In this document: positions 35,881 through 42,797 of the stretch, one piece after another
Position numbering within the stretch: the stretch's first letter is position 1
How the letters are laid out: every line of letters begins with the position of its first letter
Source: Thermomicrobiales bacterium
GTDB lineage: Bacteria > Chloroflexota > Chloroflexia > Thermomicrobiales > UBA6265
Direction of reading: 5' to 3'
Length of the DNA: 42,797 nt
Assembly (NCBI GenBank): GCA_035936075.1
Contig: DASYWM010000236.1
Span: 1 to 42,797 of the forward strand
Translations under genes and position numbers: made by a program
Notes under the pieces: generated by a model
Database searches by the model: none
What the model saw: the letters and a program-made list of their open reading frames with translations, nothing else
Told to the model about the DNA's origin: nothing

Positions 35881-35935
35881 TGCTTGATTGCACGTGCTTC
35901 GCACGGGGATTCTTCCCTCCGGTCAGAATGACGGT
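35881..35935 (-). repeat. Family B repeat copy
   Basis: The reverse complement reads CCGTCATTCTGACCGGAGGGAAGAATCCCCGTGCGAAGCACGTGCAATCAAGCA. Confidence 0.75.
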
Positions 35936-36269
35936 GTTGGCGGGGAAGCACGGCGCCCAAGATGATCACGATCATTTGCACCATGCAAGGATGATCGCCA
36001 TGGTGGTGCGAAGCGACGGGCCCTACTTAGTATACGTATTGAGGACGCCGAATTGCGCCACGGCAGGACGGATTGGACGCGTGTCAGGGTAGGGACAGCA
36101 CCAGTAGGCATCGAGGACATCGGCGGACACCGGGCGAAGGGTCGCTACCGCTTCTCGCCTGCTGTGCAGGCTCACCCATGGGGGTCGCTACGCGGCATTG
36201 GGCCGACCCATTCGACTCCGCTCAGGGCAGGCTATTGCTTCGCAAGTACGGCCGCTACGGAAGGGAATC

Positions 36270-36295
36270 GGGCGAACATGGAGTTCGCCCCTACA
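36270..36295 (+). repeat. Family A hairpin repeat
   Basis: GGGCGAAC-ATGGA-GTTCGCCC-CTACA. Confidence 0.8.
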
Positions 36296-36618
36296 CCAGC
36301 GAAAAACTGCGGCGTTTTCCACCATCATTGAGACCGCAGCGATGGGCCGCAGCCGGTCAACTGCCTATGGGAGCGCGCCGGGCTTCTCCAGCGCTGGGTC
36401 GTTGGCAGCAGTACTGCATAGGACCCGACCATTTCGCCGGGCAAGAACAGCAGGAAGAAGCGGGGGGATCGCGGGGAATCGGCGTCCTGTAAATGACCGG
36501 GACCGCAGCCCTGCAAAAAGAAAGGGGTGCGGTCCCGGTAGTGCCGCCGGTTGTGGGTGGCGACATCCTTTCGGCCCTCAGTTAGTCCAGAGACGGCTTG
36601 AGGGTGTATCTCGGCCTC

Positions 36619-36678
36619 CTAGAAGATGAGGATCAGAATAATGATGATCAGGATCAGTGCTCCGATACCGATATACAT
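36619..36678 (-). CDS. 19-aa ultra-hydrophobic peptide MYIGIGALILIIIILILIF. Candidate type I toxin or small membrane protein.
   Basis: Below the ORF-track size cutoff. ATG is preceded by GGAAGGAGAG, with the AGGAG core 6 nt from the ATG. The codons are conspicuously AT-rich for this genome. A 12-bp-stem hairpin lies about 80 nt downstream on the same strand (36496-36539). Confidence 0.45.
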   Translation of the reverse strand: MYIGIGALILIIIILILIF

Positions 36679-37032
36679 GCATCTCTCCTTCCTACTTCAC
36701 GGCGTGTCGTCTCGATTTCCGTCCTGTCAGGGACAGGTTCTGGTATGCCCCTCATCACGACTCGTGCCACCGCCTCACCGGGTTTCTCTATACTCGCACC
36801 CCATACACCTACACCCAAGGGGTCGGTGGCAATCCCATTGCAGATTGCTGCAAAGCTTATTGCCCCAACGCTTCGCTCCGCGCGGGCTATTGCTTCGCAG
36901 ATGTGGCACCTACACGTTCACCCCCAGTGATCGACCGGATTCGTAGAAGCCACGTTCGAGGGGCTGGATCGGCCAGGGTGGGGGCGGGATGTGCTCGTTC
37001 TCTTGCATGGTGGGGCATGGTGGACGATGATA

Positions 37033-37048
37033 AATGCAAGCTTTCATT
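37033..37048. promoter_or_regulatory. Near-palindrome AATGCAAGCTTTCATT. Possible LacI-type operator upstream of the sugar ABC operon.
   Basis: The TGCAAG/CTTTCA half-sites have one mismatch. It lies about 120 nt upstream of the SBP start. No LacI gene is present in the window. Confidence 0.25.
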
Positions 37049-37167
37049 ACGTCTGGCTGGCAGTCGCGACCGCGTCATGTCCACAGGGTTCGCGGGGCGA
37101 TGGCCCAGTTGATCCGCACTTACGTGTCGCCGGTTGAATCCGGCGGCGAACACACAGGAGTTGCGCA

Positions 37168-38550
37168 ATGGGTTCTTCAGAGTTTGATCCAAAATCAGTG
37201 TTGCGCCGGGCGGCCGATCGTCGTTCGGTATTGAAGTATGGTGCCGCCTCCGCTGGTGCCTTCGGCGCCTCCCGCTGGCTGGGCGCCAGCGCGCAGGACG
37301 CGTCACCGGCGGCCTCACCGGTTGATGGCCCTGCTGATTTCGGTACCGGGTCGCTGGAGCTCAGCGGCGACGTGACGATCCAGTACTGGCAGTACGAGCT
37401 GGCCGCCAAGACCCAGCTGGTCGAAGAGTTGATCCCGGAGTTCGAGGAAGCGAACCCGGGCATCACGGTCGAGCATGTGAACTTCCCGTACGACGATTTC
37501 CGCCAGCAGGTCGCCGCCGCCGTCCAAGCGGGCGAGGGGCCGGACGTGCTCAACGTCTACTACGGCTGGATCCCCGCCTACGTGCAGCAGCAGTTCCTCG
37601 TGCCGCTGCCGCAGGACATCTTCCCGGCCGAGGTAATCCGGGATGCGTATTTCCCCACCGTTCAGGTGGCCGAGGTGGAGGGAGAGTACTACGCGCTCCC
37701 GACGGCGGTGCGCACGCTGGCGCTCTTCTATAACAAGGACATCCTCGAGGCCGCCGGTGTGGAGCCGCCGAGCAACTGGGAAGAGCTGGTCGAGGTTGCC
37801 AAGGCAACGGTCCAGAAGGAAGGCGACAACTTCGAGGTGGTCGGCTTCACCTGGGATATCGGCGGCCAGGGCCACAACTGGTGGCGCGAGGCCCTCAACC
37901 GGCAGAACGGCCAGATCCCCTATACCGATGACCGGCGTGAGCTGCTCTGGACAGAGCCGGAGTGCATCGAGGCGTTCGAGTACGCGGTCTCCTTCCTGAC
38001 GGAGCACGGCGTGACGCAGGCCGGTTTCCAGACGGACGGCGCCACGGCCTTCGCGGCCGGCAAGGCGGCGCTCCACATCGACGGCTCGTATCGCCTCGGG
38101 TCCCTGGCCATCGATGCGCCGGACCTCAACTACGGCGTCGTGCCGCTGCCGGAGCACAAGGAGAAGGCCAGCTTTGCCTCCTTCTGGGCCAATGGCATCA
38201 CCCGCAACGCGGCGGAGGGCGACAAGCTTATCGCCTCGGCGAAGTGGATCGACTTCCTCTCCTCGGCCGAGGTTCAGCGCCGCTGGACACCGGCGATCGG
38301 TGAGTTGCCGGCGCGTCAGGCGCTTGCCAGCGACCCGGCCCTGCTGGAGAACGAGAAGCTGGTGGCGTTCATCGAGTCGCTGCCGTACTCCTACGCGACC
38401 TTCTTCGTCAACGAATCCACCCTGCGGCAGGCAGTCATCGACGCCTTCGATCAGGTTGTGCTGAACGGCGTGGACGCCGAGACGGCGGTCGCGGAGGCAG
38501 AGGCACAGGTGCAAGAGGAGCTTGACGAGTACTTTGCACAGCTCGACTAG
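37168..38550 (+). CDS. Carbohydrate ABC transporter substrate-binding protein (family 1), Tat signal
   Basis: RRSVLKYGAASAGAFGASRWLGASA signal. AGGAG 7 nt upstream. Typical sugar-SBP sequence. Confidence 0.9.
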   Translation: MGSSEFDPKSVLRRAADRRSVLKYGAASAGAFGASRWLGASAQDASPAASPVDGPADFGTGSLELSGDVTIQYWQYELAAKTQLVEELIPEFEEANPGITVEHVNFPYDDFRQQVAAAVQAGEGPDVLNVYYGWIPAYVQQQFLVPLPQDIFPAEVIRDAYFPTVQVAEVEGEYYALPTAVRTLALFYNKDILEAAGVEPPSNWEELVEVAKATVQKEGDNFEVVGFTWDIGGQGHNWWREALNRQNGQIPYTDDRRELLWTEPECIEAFEYAVSFLTEHGVTQAGFQTDGATAFAAGKAALHIDGSYRLGSLAIDAPDLNYGVVPLPEHKEKASFASFWANGITRNAAEGDKLIASAKWIDFLSSAEVQRRWTPAIGELPARQALASDPALLENEKLVAFIESLPYSYATFFVNESTLRQAVIDAFDQVVLNGVDAETAVAEAEAQVQEELDEYFAQLD

Positions 38551-38620
38551 TCACCGAGGGTGACCGTGGCGCGTCCCGTTCGGGGGCGCGCCATTGCCTG
38601 TACTCCCTGGACGGCAATCC

Positions 38621-39511
38621 ATGAGTTTGAGTCTGCAGCGACGACGATGGCTTTGGGGCTACGCGTTCATCGCGATCCCGCTCTTCTTCTTCCTCTTTGT
38701 CCGCATCGGGCCGACCATCTACGCCTTCTGGATGAGCCTTCATGAGTGGGATCCCATCGCTCTCGATCGTCCCTATATCGGGCTCGAGAACTTCCGGACC
38801 ATGGCGGACGACGAGACCTTCTGGAAATCGTTGCGCAACACCTGGATCTATGTTGGTGTCGGGGTTCCGGCCGGGTTGATCATCAGCCTGCTGATCGCGC
38901 TGGGGCTGCAGCGGATGATCCGGTATACCGGTTTCTTCCGGGTGCTCTATTTCCTGCCCTACATCACGTCGCTGGTTGCCGTGGGCTGGGTATGGCGCTG
39001 GATGTACATGCCCAACGGCCTGTTCAACGACATTCTGGGCTGGGTGGGGCTTGGGCCATACAAGTGGCTCGGTAGCCCCGATATGGCGATCTACTCGATC
39101 ATCGCGACAACGGTCTGGCACGGCCTTGGTTTTCAGGTCGTGATCTTTCTCGCGGGGCTGGAGAGCATCCCCGAAGACTACCTTGCCGCGGCCTCGGTTG
39201 ACGGCGCCTCCGGGTGGCAGAAGTTCCGGGATATTGTGGTGCCCCAGATCAACCCGACCCTGGTCTTCCTGATCGTGACAGGTGTGATCAGCAACCTGCA
39301 GGTCTTTACGCAGATCCGGGCGATGAGCAGCGGGGGCACGGGCGGGCCGCTCGACAGCACCATCAGTATGGTGCTCTACGTCTACCAGGAGGCGTTCCAG
39401 TCGTTGCCCTCCCACATGGGCTATGCCTCCGCCATGACGGTCGTGCTCTTCCTGATGATCCTGGCGATCACGATCTTCCAGCTCAAGGTGCTACAGCGAG
39501 ATACCGAATGA
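38621..39511 (+). CDS. Carbohydrate ABC transporter permease (MalF/UgpA-like)
   Basis: Six TM segments and an EAA-type loop (AASVDGASGWQKFRDIVVPQI). The start is taken at the ATG at 38621. The ORF-track TTG at 38594 is possible. Confidence 0.9.
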   Translation: MSLSLQRRRWLWGYAFIAIPLFFFLFVRIGPTIYAFWMSLHEWDPIALDRPYIGLENFRTMADDETFWKSLRNTWIYVGVGVPAGLIISLLIALGLQRMIRYTGFFRVLYFLPYITSLVAVGWVWRWMYMPNGLFNDILGWVGLGPYKWLGSPDMAIYSIIATTVWHGLGFQVVIFLAGLESIPEDYLAAASVDGASGWQKFRDIVVPQINPTLVFLIVTGVISNLQVFTQIRAMSSGGTGGPLDSTISMVLYVYQEAFQSLPSHMGYASAMTVVLFLMILAITIFQLKVLQRDTE

Positions 39512-40437
39512 CGACAAAGACCTACTTCCCGGATGAACCCGGCGTTCCCCTGGCAGGGGTAACGAATGACGACGCAGCAGCTTCGAGACGGACTGCGATG
39601 GCTCGTGTGCGACGGGACCAGCGGCGTCGCCGCGTGGCCCGGATTGCGCTGTTGCTGATCCTCCTGCTCGGCGGGCTGGCGATGATCTTCCCCTTTGTCT
39701 GGATGGTGGTGTCGTCGCTCAAGAAGGCGCAGGACATCTACACGCTCTCGCTGATCCCGCCAGACCCGACGCTGGGGAACTACACGGAGGTGTTGCAGCG
39801 CACCAGCTACATCAGGTGGTTCCTGAACAGCATCATCGTGGCGGGAATCACGACGCTGAGCGTCGCCTTCTTCGACTCGCTGGCCGGGTACACCCTGGCG
39901 AAGTTCAGGTTTCCCGGGTCGACCGCCATCTTCCTGCTCATCCTGAGCACGCTGATGGTGCCGACCGAGATGCTGGTGATTCCCTGGTACATGATGTCGA
40001 TCGAGTTCAACTGGACGGACTCCTACTGGGGCATCATGTTCCCGGGCGTTATCAGCGCGTTCGGTGTCTTCCTGATGCGCCAGTTCTTCATGGGCCTGCC
40101 CAACGAGCTGATCGACGCCGCCCGGCTCGACGGCTTCTCCGAGTTCCGGATCTTCTGGAAGATCGGGTTGCCTCTCGTGAAGCCGGCTGTCGCGGCGCTC
40201 TGTATCTTCACGTTTCTCGGGAACTGGAACGCCTATATCTGGCCGCTGATCGTGATCAGGTCCGATACGATGCGGACGCTGCCGGTTGGGATCGCGTTCT
40301 TTTCGAGCGAGGCGCAGAGCTCATTCCACCTGATCATGGCGGCGGCATCGCTGGCGACCGTGCCGGTAATCATCATCTTCCTGATCTTCCAGCGGCATAT
40401 CATCAAGGGCATTGCCCTGGCCGGGTTGAAGGGGTAG
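39508..40437 (+). CDS. Carbohydrate ABC transporter permease (MalG/UgpE-like)
   Basis: The ATG overlaps the upstream stop (ATGA). EAA loop DAARLDGFSEFRIFWKIGLPLVKP. Confidence 0.9.
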   Translation: MTTKTYFPDEPGVPLAGVTNDDAAASRRTAMARVRRDQRRRRVARIALLLILLLGGLAMIFPFVWMVVSSLKKAQDIYTLSLIPPDPTLGNYTEVLQRTSYIRWFLNSIIVAGITTLSVAFFDSLAGYTLAKFRFPGSTAIFLLILSTLMVPTEMLVIPWYMMSIEFNWTDSYWGIMFPGVISAFGVFLMRQFFMGLPNELIDAARLDGFSEFRIFWKIGLPLVKPAVAALCIFTFLGNWNAYIWPLIVIRSDTMRTLPVGIAFFSSEAQSSFHLIMAAASLATVPVIIIFLIFQRHIIKGIALAGLKG

Positions 40438-40459
40438 GGAGGACGGTTGCTGCCCAGCA

Positions 40460-40485
40460 GGGCGGACATGGAGTCCGCCCGTACA
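40460..40485 (+). repeat. Family A hairpin repeat between the permease and lyase genes
   Basis: GGGCGGAC-ATGGA-GTCCGCCC-GTACA. Confidence 0.8.
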
Positions 40486-40540
40486 GGTCCGTGTCGGCTC
40501 CTGGTTATGAATGATCACGACTGTCCTTGAAGGAGAACCT

Positions 40541-42034
40541 ATGTCCAACGACACGGCGGGCACGTTTCCGCATCCCGCGTATGCCCAAAACGTGCTGGAG
40601 CCGGCCTTTGAGGAGAGTAAGGAGCATCTCTTTGCGCACATGATCGCAGCCAATGAGGCGCATGCGATCATGCTGGCGGAGTGCGGCGTGCTCGATCCGG
40701 CCCAGGCGTCGGCGCTGCTTACCGCCTTGGGTGCGGTGAAGCAACAGGGTGCTGAGGCGTTTCGCTACTCGCCCGAGATCGAGGATCTCTTCTTCGCGGT
40801 GGAGGGTCGGCTGATCGAGCTGGTGGGACCCGATGCGGGGGGCAATCTGCAGATTGCCCGGTCGCGGAACGATCTCGCCGCCGCGATGAGCAGGATGATG
40901 CTGCGTGAGCGCCTGGTTGGCGCACGGCAGCAGGTGCTCCATCTGCGGTCCGTGCTGCTGGACATGATCGAGCAGCATATCGAGACGCTGATGCCGGGCA
41001 TCACGCATACACAGCCCGCGCAACCCACAACGCTCGCGCACTACCTGCTTGGGGTGCTCGGTCCGCTCGAGCGCGACAGCGATCGGCTCTCGTGCGCCTG
41101 GAGGCGGACGAACCGGAGCTCGCTCGGCGTTGCTGCATTTACGACGACCAGTTTTTCTATTGGCCGTGAGTTAACGGCGGATCTGCTGGGGTTTGACGGC
41201 TATGTCGAGAATGGGTACGACGCAGTAGGGGCGAACGATCATCTCCTGGAGTCGGTCCAAGCGCTGGTCAACTGTGTCGGTTCGCTCTCCCGCTTCGTCT
41301 ACGACCTACTGGTCTGGGCGCGGAAGGACGTCGATATCATCCGGATCGACGATGCCTTCATCCAGATGAGCTCGATCATGCCGCAGAAGCGCAACCCGGT
41401 GGTGCTGGAGCATGTGCGCGTCCGGATCGGGTGGGTCTATGGCGAGGCGTCGGCCGTGGAAACGATTATCCACTCGGCGGCGTTCGGCGACACCAACGAT
41501 GTTGAGGACCCGATGTTCGTCCCGCTGAACCGGGCGTTCGACGCCGCGGAGATGGTCCTCCGGCTCCTGGCCGCCGTGCTGTCGACGGCGGCGTTCAACG
41601 TATCCGGCATGGAGCAGCGTGCGGCGGAGGGCAATACGACGACGACGGCGCTGGCGGATGCGCTGGTGCAGGAGCACGGTATCCCGTTCCGGGGAGCCCA
41701 CACCATCGTCTCCCGGATCGTGAGCCGTACGATGAGCGACGATGTGCCGATCACTGCCGAACTTGTGAACGAGGTCAGCAGCGAAGTGCTGGGCAGATCG
41801 CTGGATGTGACGCAGGAATTCGTCGCGAATGCGCTTGATCCGTGGGCCTTCGTCAACGCGCGCACGATCCCTGGTGGCTCGGCTCCGGAGACAACCCGGC
41901 AGGCGCTGGAGTCGGCGCGATTGCACCTGGACGAGGATCGGGGAGTCCTCGAAGCCGACAATGCCGCCGTCAACCATGCGAGCGCCGAGCGGCAGCGCCG
42001 GATAGATGCCTTGATGGCTGGGGCCAGTTCGTAG
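40541..42034 (+). CDS. Argininosuccinate-lyase-family (fumarase/aspartase superfamily) protein
   Basis: RSRNDLAAA, HTQPAQPTT and the SSIMPQKRNP signature. AGGAG 7 nt upstream of the ATG at 40541. Confidence 0.85.
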   Translation: MSNDTAGTFPHPAYAQNVLEPAFEESKEHLFAHMIAANEAHAIMLAECGVLDPAQASALLTALGAVKQQGAEAFRYSPEIEDLFFAVEGRLIELVGPDAGGNLQIARSRNDLAAAMSRMMLRERLVGARQQVLHLRSVLLDMIEQHIETLMPGITHTQPAQPTTLAHYLLGVLGPLERDSDRLSCAWRRTNRSSLGVAAFTTTSFSIGRELTADLLGFDGYVENGYDAVGANDHLLESVQALVNCVGSLSRFVYDLLVWARKDVDIIRIDDAFIQMSSIMPQKRNPVVLEHVRVRIGWVYGEASAVETIIHSAAFGDTNDVEDPMFVPLNRAFDAAEMVLRLLAAVLSTAAFNVSGMEQRAAEGNTTTTALADALVQEHGIPFRGAHTIVSRIVSRTMSDDVPITAELVNEVSSEVLGRSLDVTQEFVANALDPWAFVNARTIPGGSAPETTRQALESARLHLDEDRGVLEADNAAVNHASAERQRRIDALMAGASS

Positions 42035-42186
42035 AGTGGCGTGAGATGCCGGCTCGCAGGGCAAGCCGGGGGAGCAGGCAGGCTGCCACGAGGGCGGCCC
42101 CTGCCGTACATCGCGGTCAGTTCGTCCCGGTCTTCTTTAGCGCTCTGGACGACGGTGTTCCTTCTCACTGAGATCGAGAAAGAGAG

Positions 42187-42797
42187 TCACCCGGGCGTGT
42201 CCTCGACATTGAGGGCCGCATCGCGGATGGCGGTCAGGAGGGGATGGTCGATCTCTTTCTGCGCCATGTCGGTGAACCCCTGGACCGGGATATCGGGATG
42301 CCCGCGCAGGTAGGTGCGGGATTGGAGAAACGCCTCCAGCCGGTCGACTTCCTTGACGAAGCGTGCCTCGGGCGAACTCTGCTCTTCATACTCTGACCAG
42401 AGCGACCTCATCTCCTCGCCAATGCTCTCCGGCATGAGCGCGATCAGATGCGCGGCTGCCCGCTCCTCGTCCTGGCGCTTGGCGGCCCTGTTCTCCGGTG
42501 ATCTCAGGTGGCGGACGCTGAAGAATGCCCGCAGTGCGTCCAGGTCGCCGGGTGGGGGAATCTCGTCTGCCTCGTATGGTGGGCGATCTCCCACCAGCGC
42601 TTCCGCCATGTCATGAATGATCGCGAGCTTCAACACCCGATCGGCATCCAGCGTCCCGTCCTCATGGGCGAGGAACCACGCGATCAGCGCGGTCATCATC
42701 GTATGGTCCGCGACCGACTCGACCTGTTCCCGGGGGACGCCCCTGTCGATCCAGCCCGTGCGTTTGGTGCGCTTCAGGTGCTCCAGCGTGCGGAAGA
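42187..42797 (-). CDS. HD-domain hydrolase (YfbR-like 5'-nucleotidase family), 5' end beyond the window
   Basis: The frame stays open upstream of the ORF-track Met to the window edge (FRTLEHLKRTKRTGW...ESVADHT), followed by IIHDMAEALVGD. These are the classic HD-domain motifs. Confidence 0.85.
   Translation of the reverse strand, partial: FRTLEHLKRTKRTGWIDRGVPREQVESVADHTMMTALIAWFLAHEDGTLDADRVLKLAIIHDMAEALVGDRPPYEADEIPPPGDLDALRAFFSVRHLRSPENRAAKRQDEERAAAHLIALMPESIGEEMRSLWSEYEEQSSPEARFVKEVDRLEAFLQSRTYLRGHPDIPVQGFTDMAQKEIDHPLLTAIRDAALNVEDTPG

Noticed and set aside
34033-35904. Very long antisense or alternate-frame ORFs: 34033-35904 (623 aa), 31067-32953 (628 aa), 16326-17966 (546 aa), 20708-22063, 21562-22710, 10162-11373 and similar.
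   Set aside because: Each lies opposite to, or out of frame with, a gene that has clear family motifs (amidohydrolase, LarA-like, MFS, alaS, ABC permease). Their translations are Arg/Pro/Gly/His-rich low-complexity sequence, typical of stop-codon-poor shadow frames in high-GC DNA.
1-42797. Scan for tRNA, rRNA, tmRNA, RNase P or SRP RNA, CRISPR arrays, transposases and integrases.
   Set aside because: I saw no T-loop-type GGTTCGAATCC/GGTTCAAATCC motifs, no RNase P GGAAAGTCCGG or SRP GGAAGCAGCC blocks, no regularly spaced direct repeats with unique spacers, and no ORF with DDE, serine or tyrosine recombinase motifs. This was a by-eye scan, so small or divergent RNAs could have been missed.

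Overview
High-GC bacterial chromosomal segment with about 34 credible protein-coding genes, nearly all housekeeping, transport or cofactor metabolism.

Left to right:
- a STAND-type NTPase regulator with an apparent frameshift at the left edge
- a three-gene overlapping operon: Tat-secreted protein, Cys-rich protein, LPG-synthase-TM-like membrane protein
- a Sir2 deacylase
- a PdxA-family dehydrogenase plus DUF1537 acid-sugar kinase pair
- a small membrane protein and a DUF3303 protein
- an AT-richer islet with two small ORFs
- a tro/mnt-type metal ABC importer (SBP, ATPase, two permeases) whose last permease carries a C-terminal DtxR-like winged-helix domain
- an alpha/beta hydrolase
- divergent TetR and DHA2 MFS pump genes
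- an LLM-class (F420-type) oxidoreductase
- alaS, a 575-aa membrane protein and ruvX, joined by overlapping stop/start codons
- the c-di-AMP receptor DarA and aroA
- an uncharacterised membrane protein
- an orphan ZnuA-like binding protein divergent from a YpfJ-type zinc metallopeptidase
- a LarA-N-like protein, cofC-cofD and an amidohydrolase
- a sugar ABC importer (SBP plus two permeases) followed by an argininosuccinate-lyase-family gene
- an HD-domain hydrolase running off the right edge

The gene content (F420 genes, DarA, Tat signals, high GC) suggests Chloroflexota (Thermomicrobia-like) or Actinomycetota. That is inference only. I recognised no rRNA, tRNA, CRISPR array, transposase or integrase, and no obvious multi-gene defence or secretion system.

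The unusual material is in the non-coding DNA, which is roughly one fifth of the window by my gene calls:
1. A two-copy element of about 150-180 bp whose 29-bp core, bounded by 9-10 bp inverted repeats, is reverse-complemented between copies while both flanks stay collinear.
2. A 19-codon ultra-hydrophobic ORF with a strong Shine-Dalgarno sequence inside a 1.43-kb gene-free, repeat-dense gap. It is a candidate type I toxin or small membrane peptide.
3. A five-copy hairpin family with covarying stems and an invariant ATGGA loop.
4. A second dispersed composite repeat family, including an 18-bp perfect inverted-repeat pair 182 bp apart.

Everything rests on reading the sequence and the ORF track by eye. 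No searches or folding programs were run.
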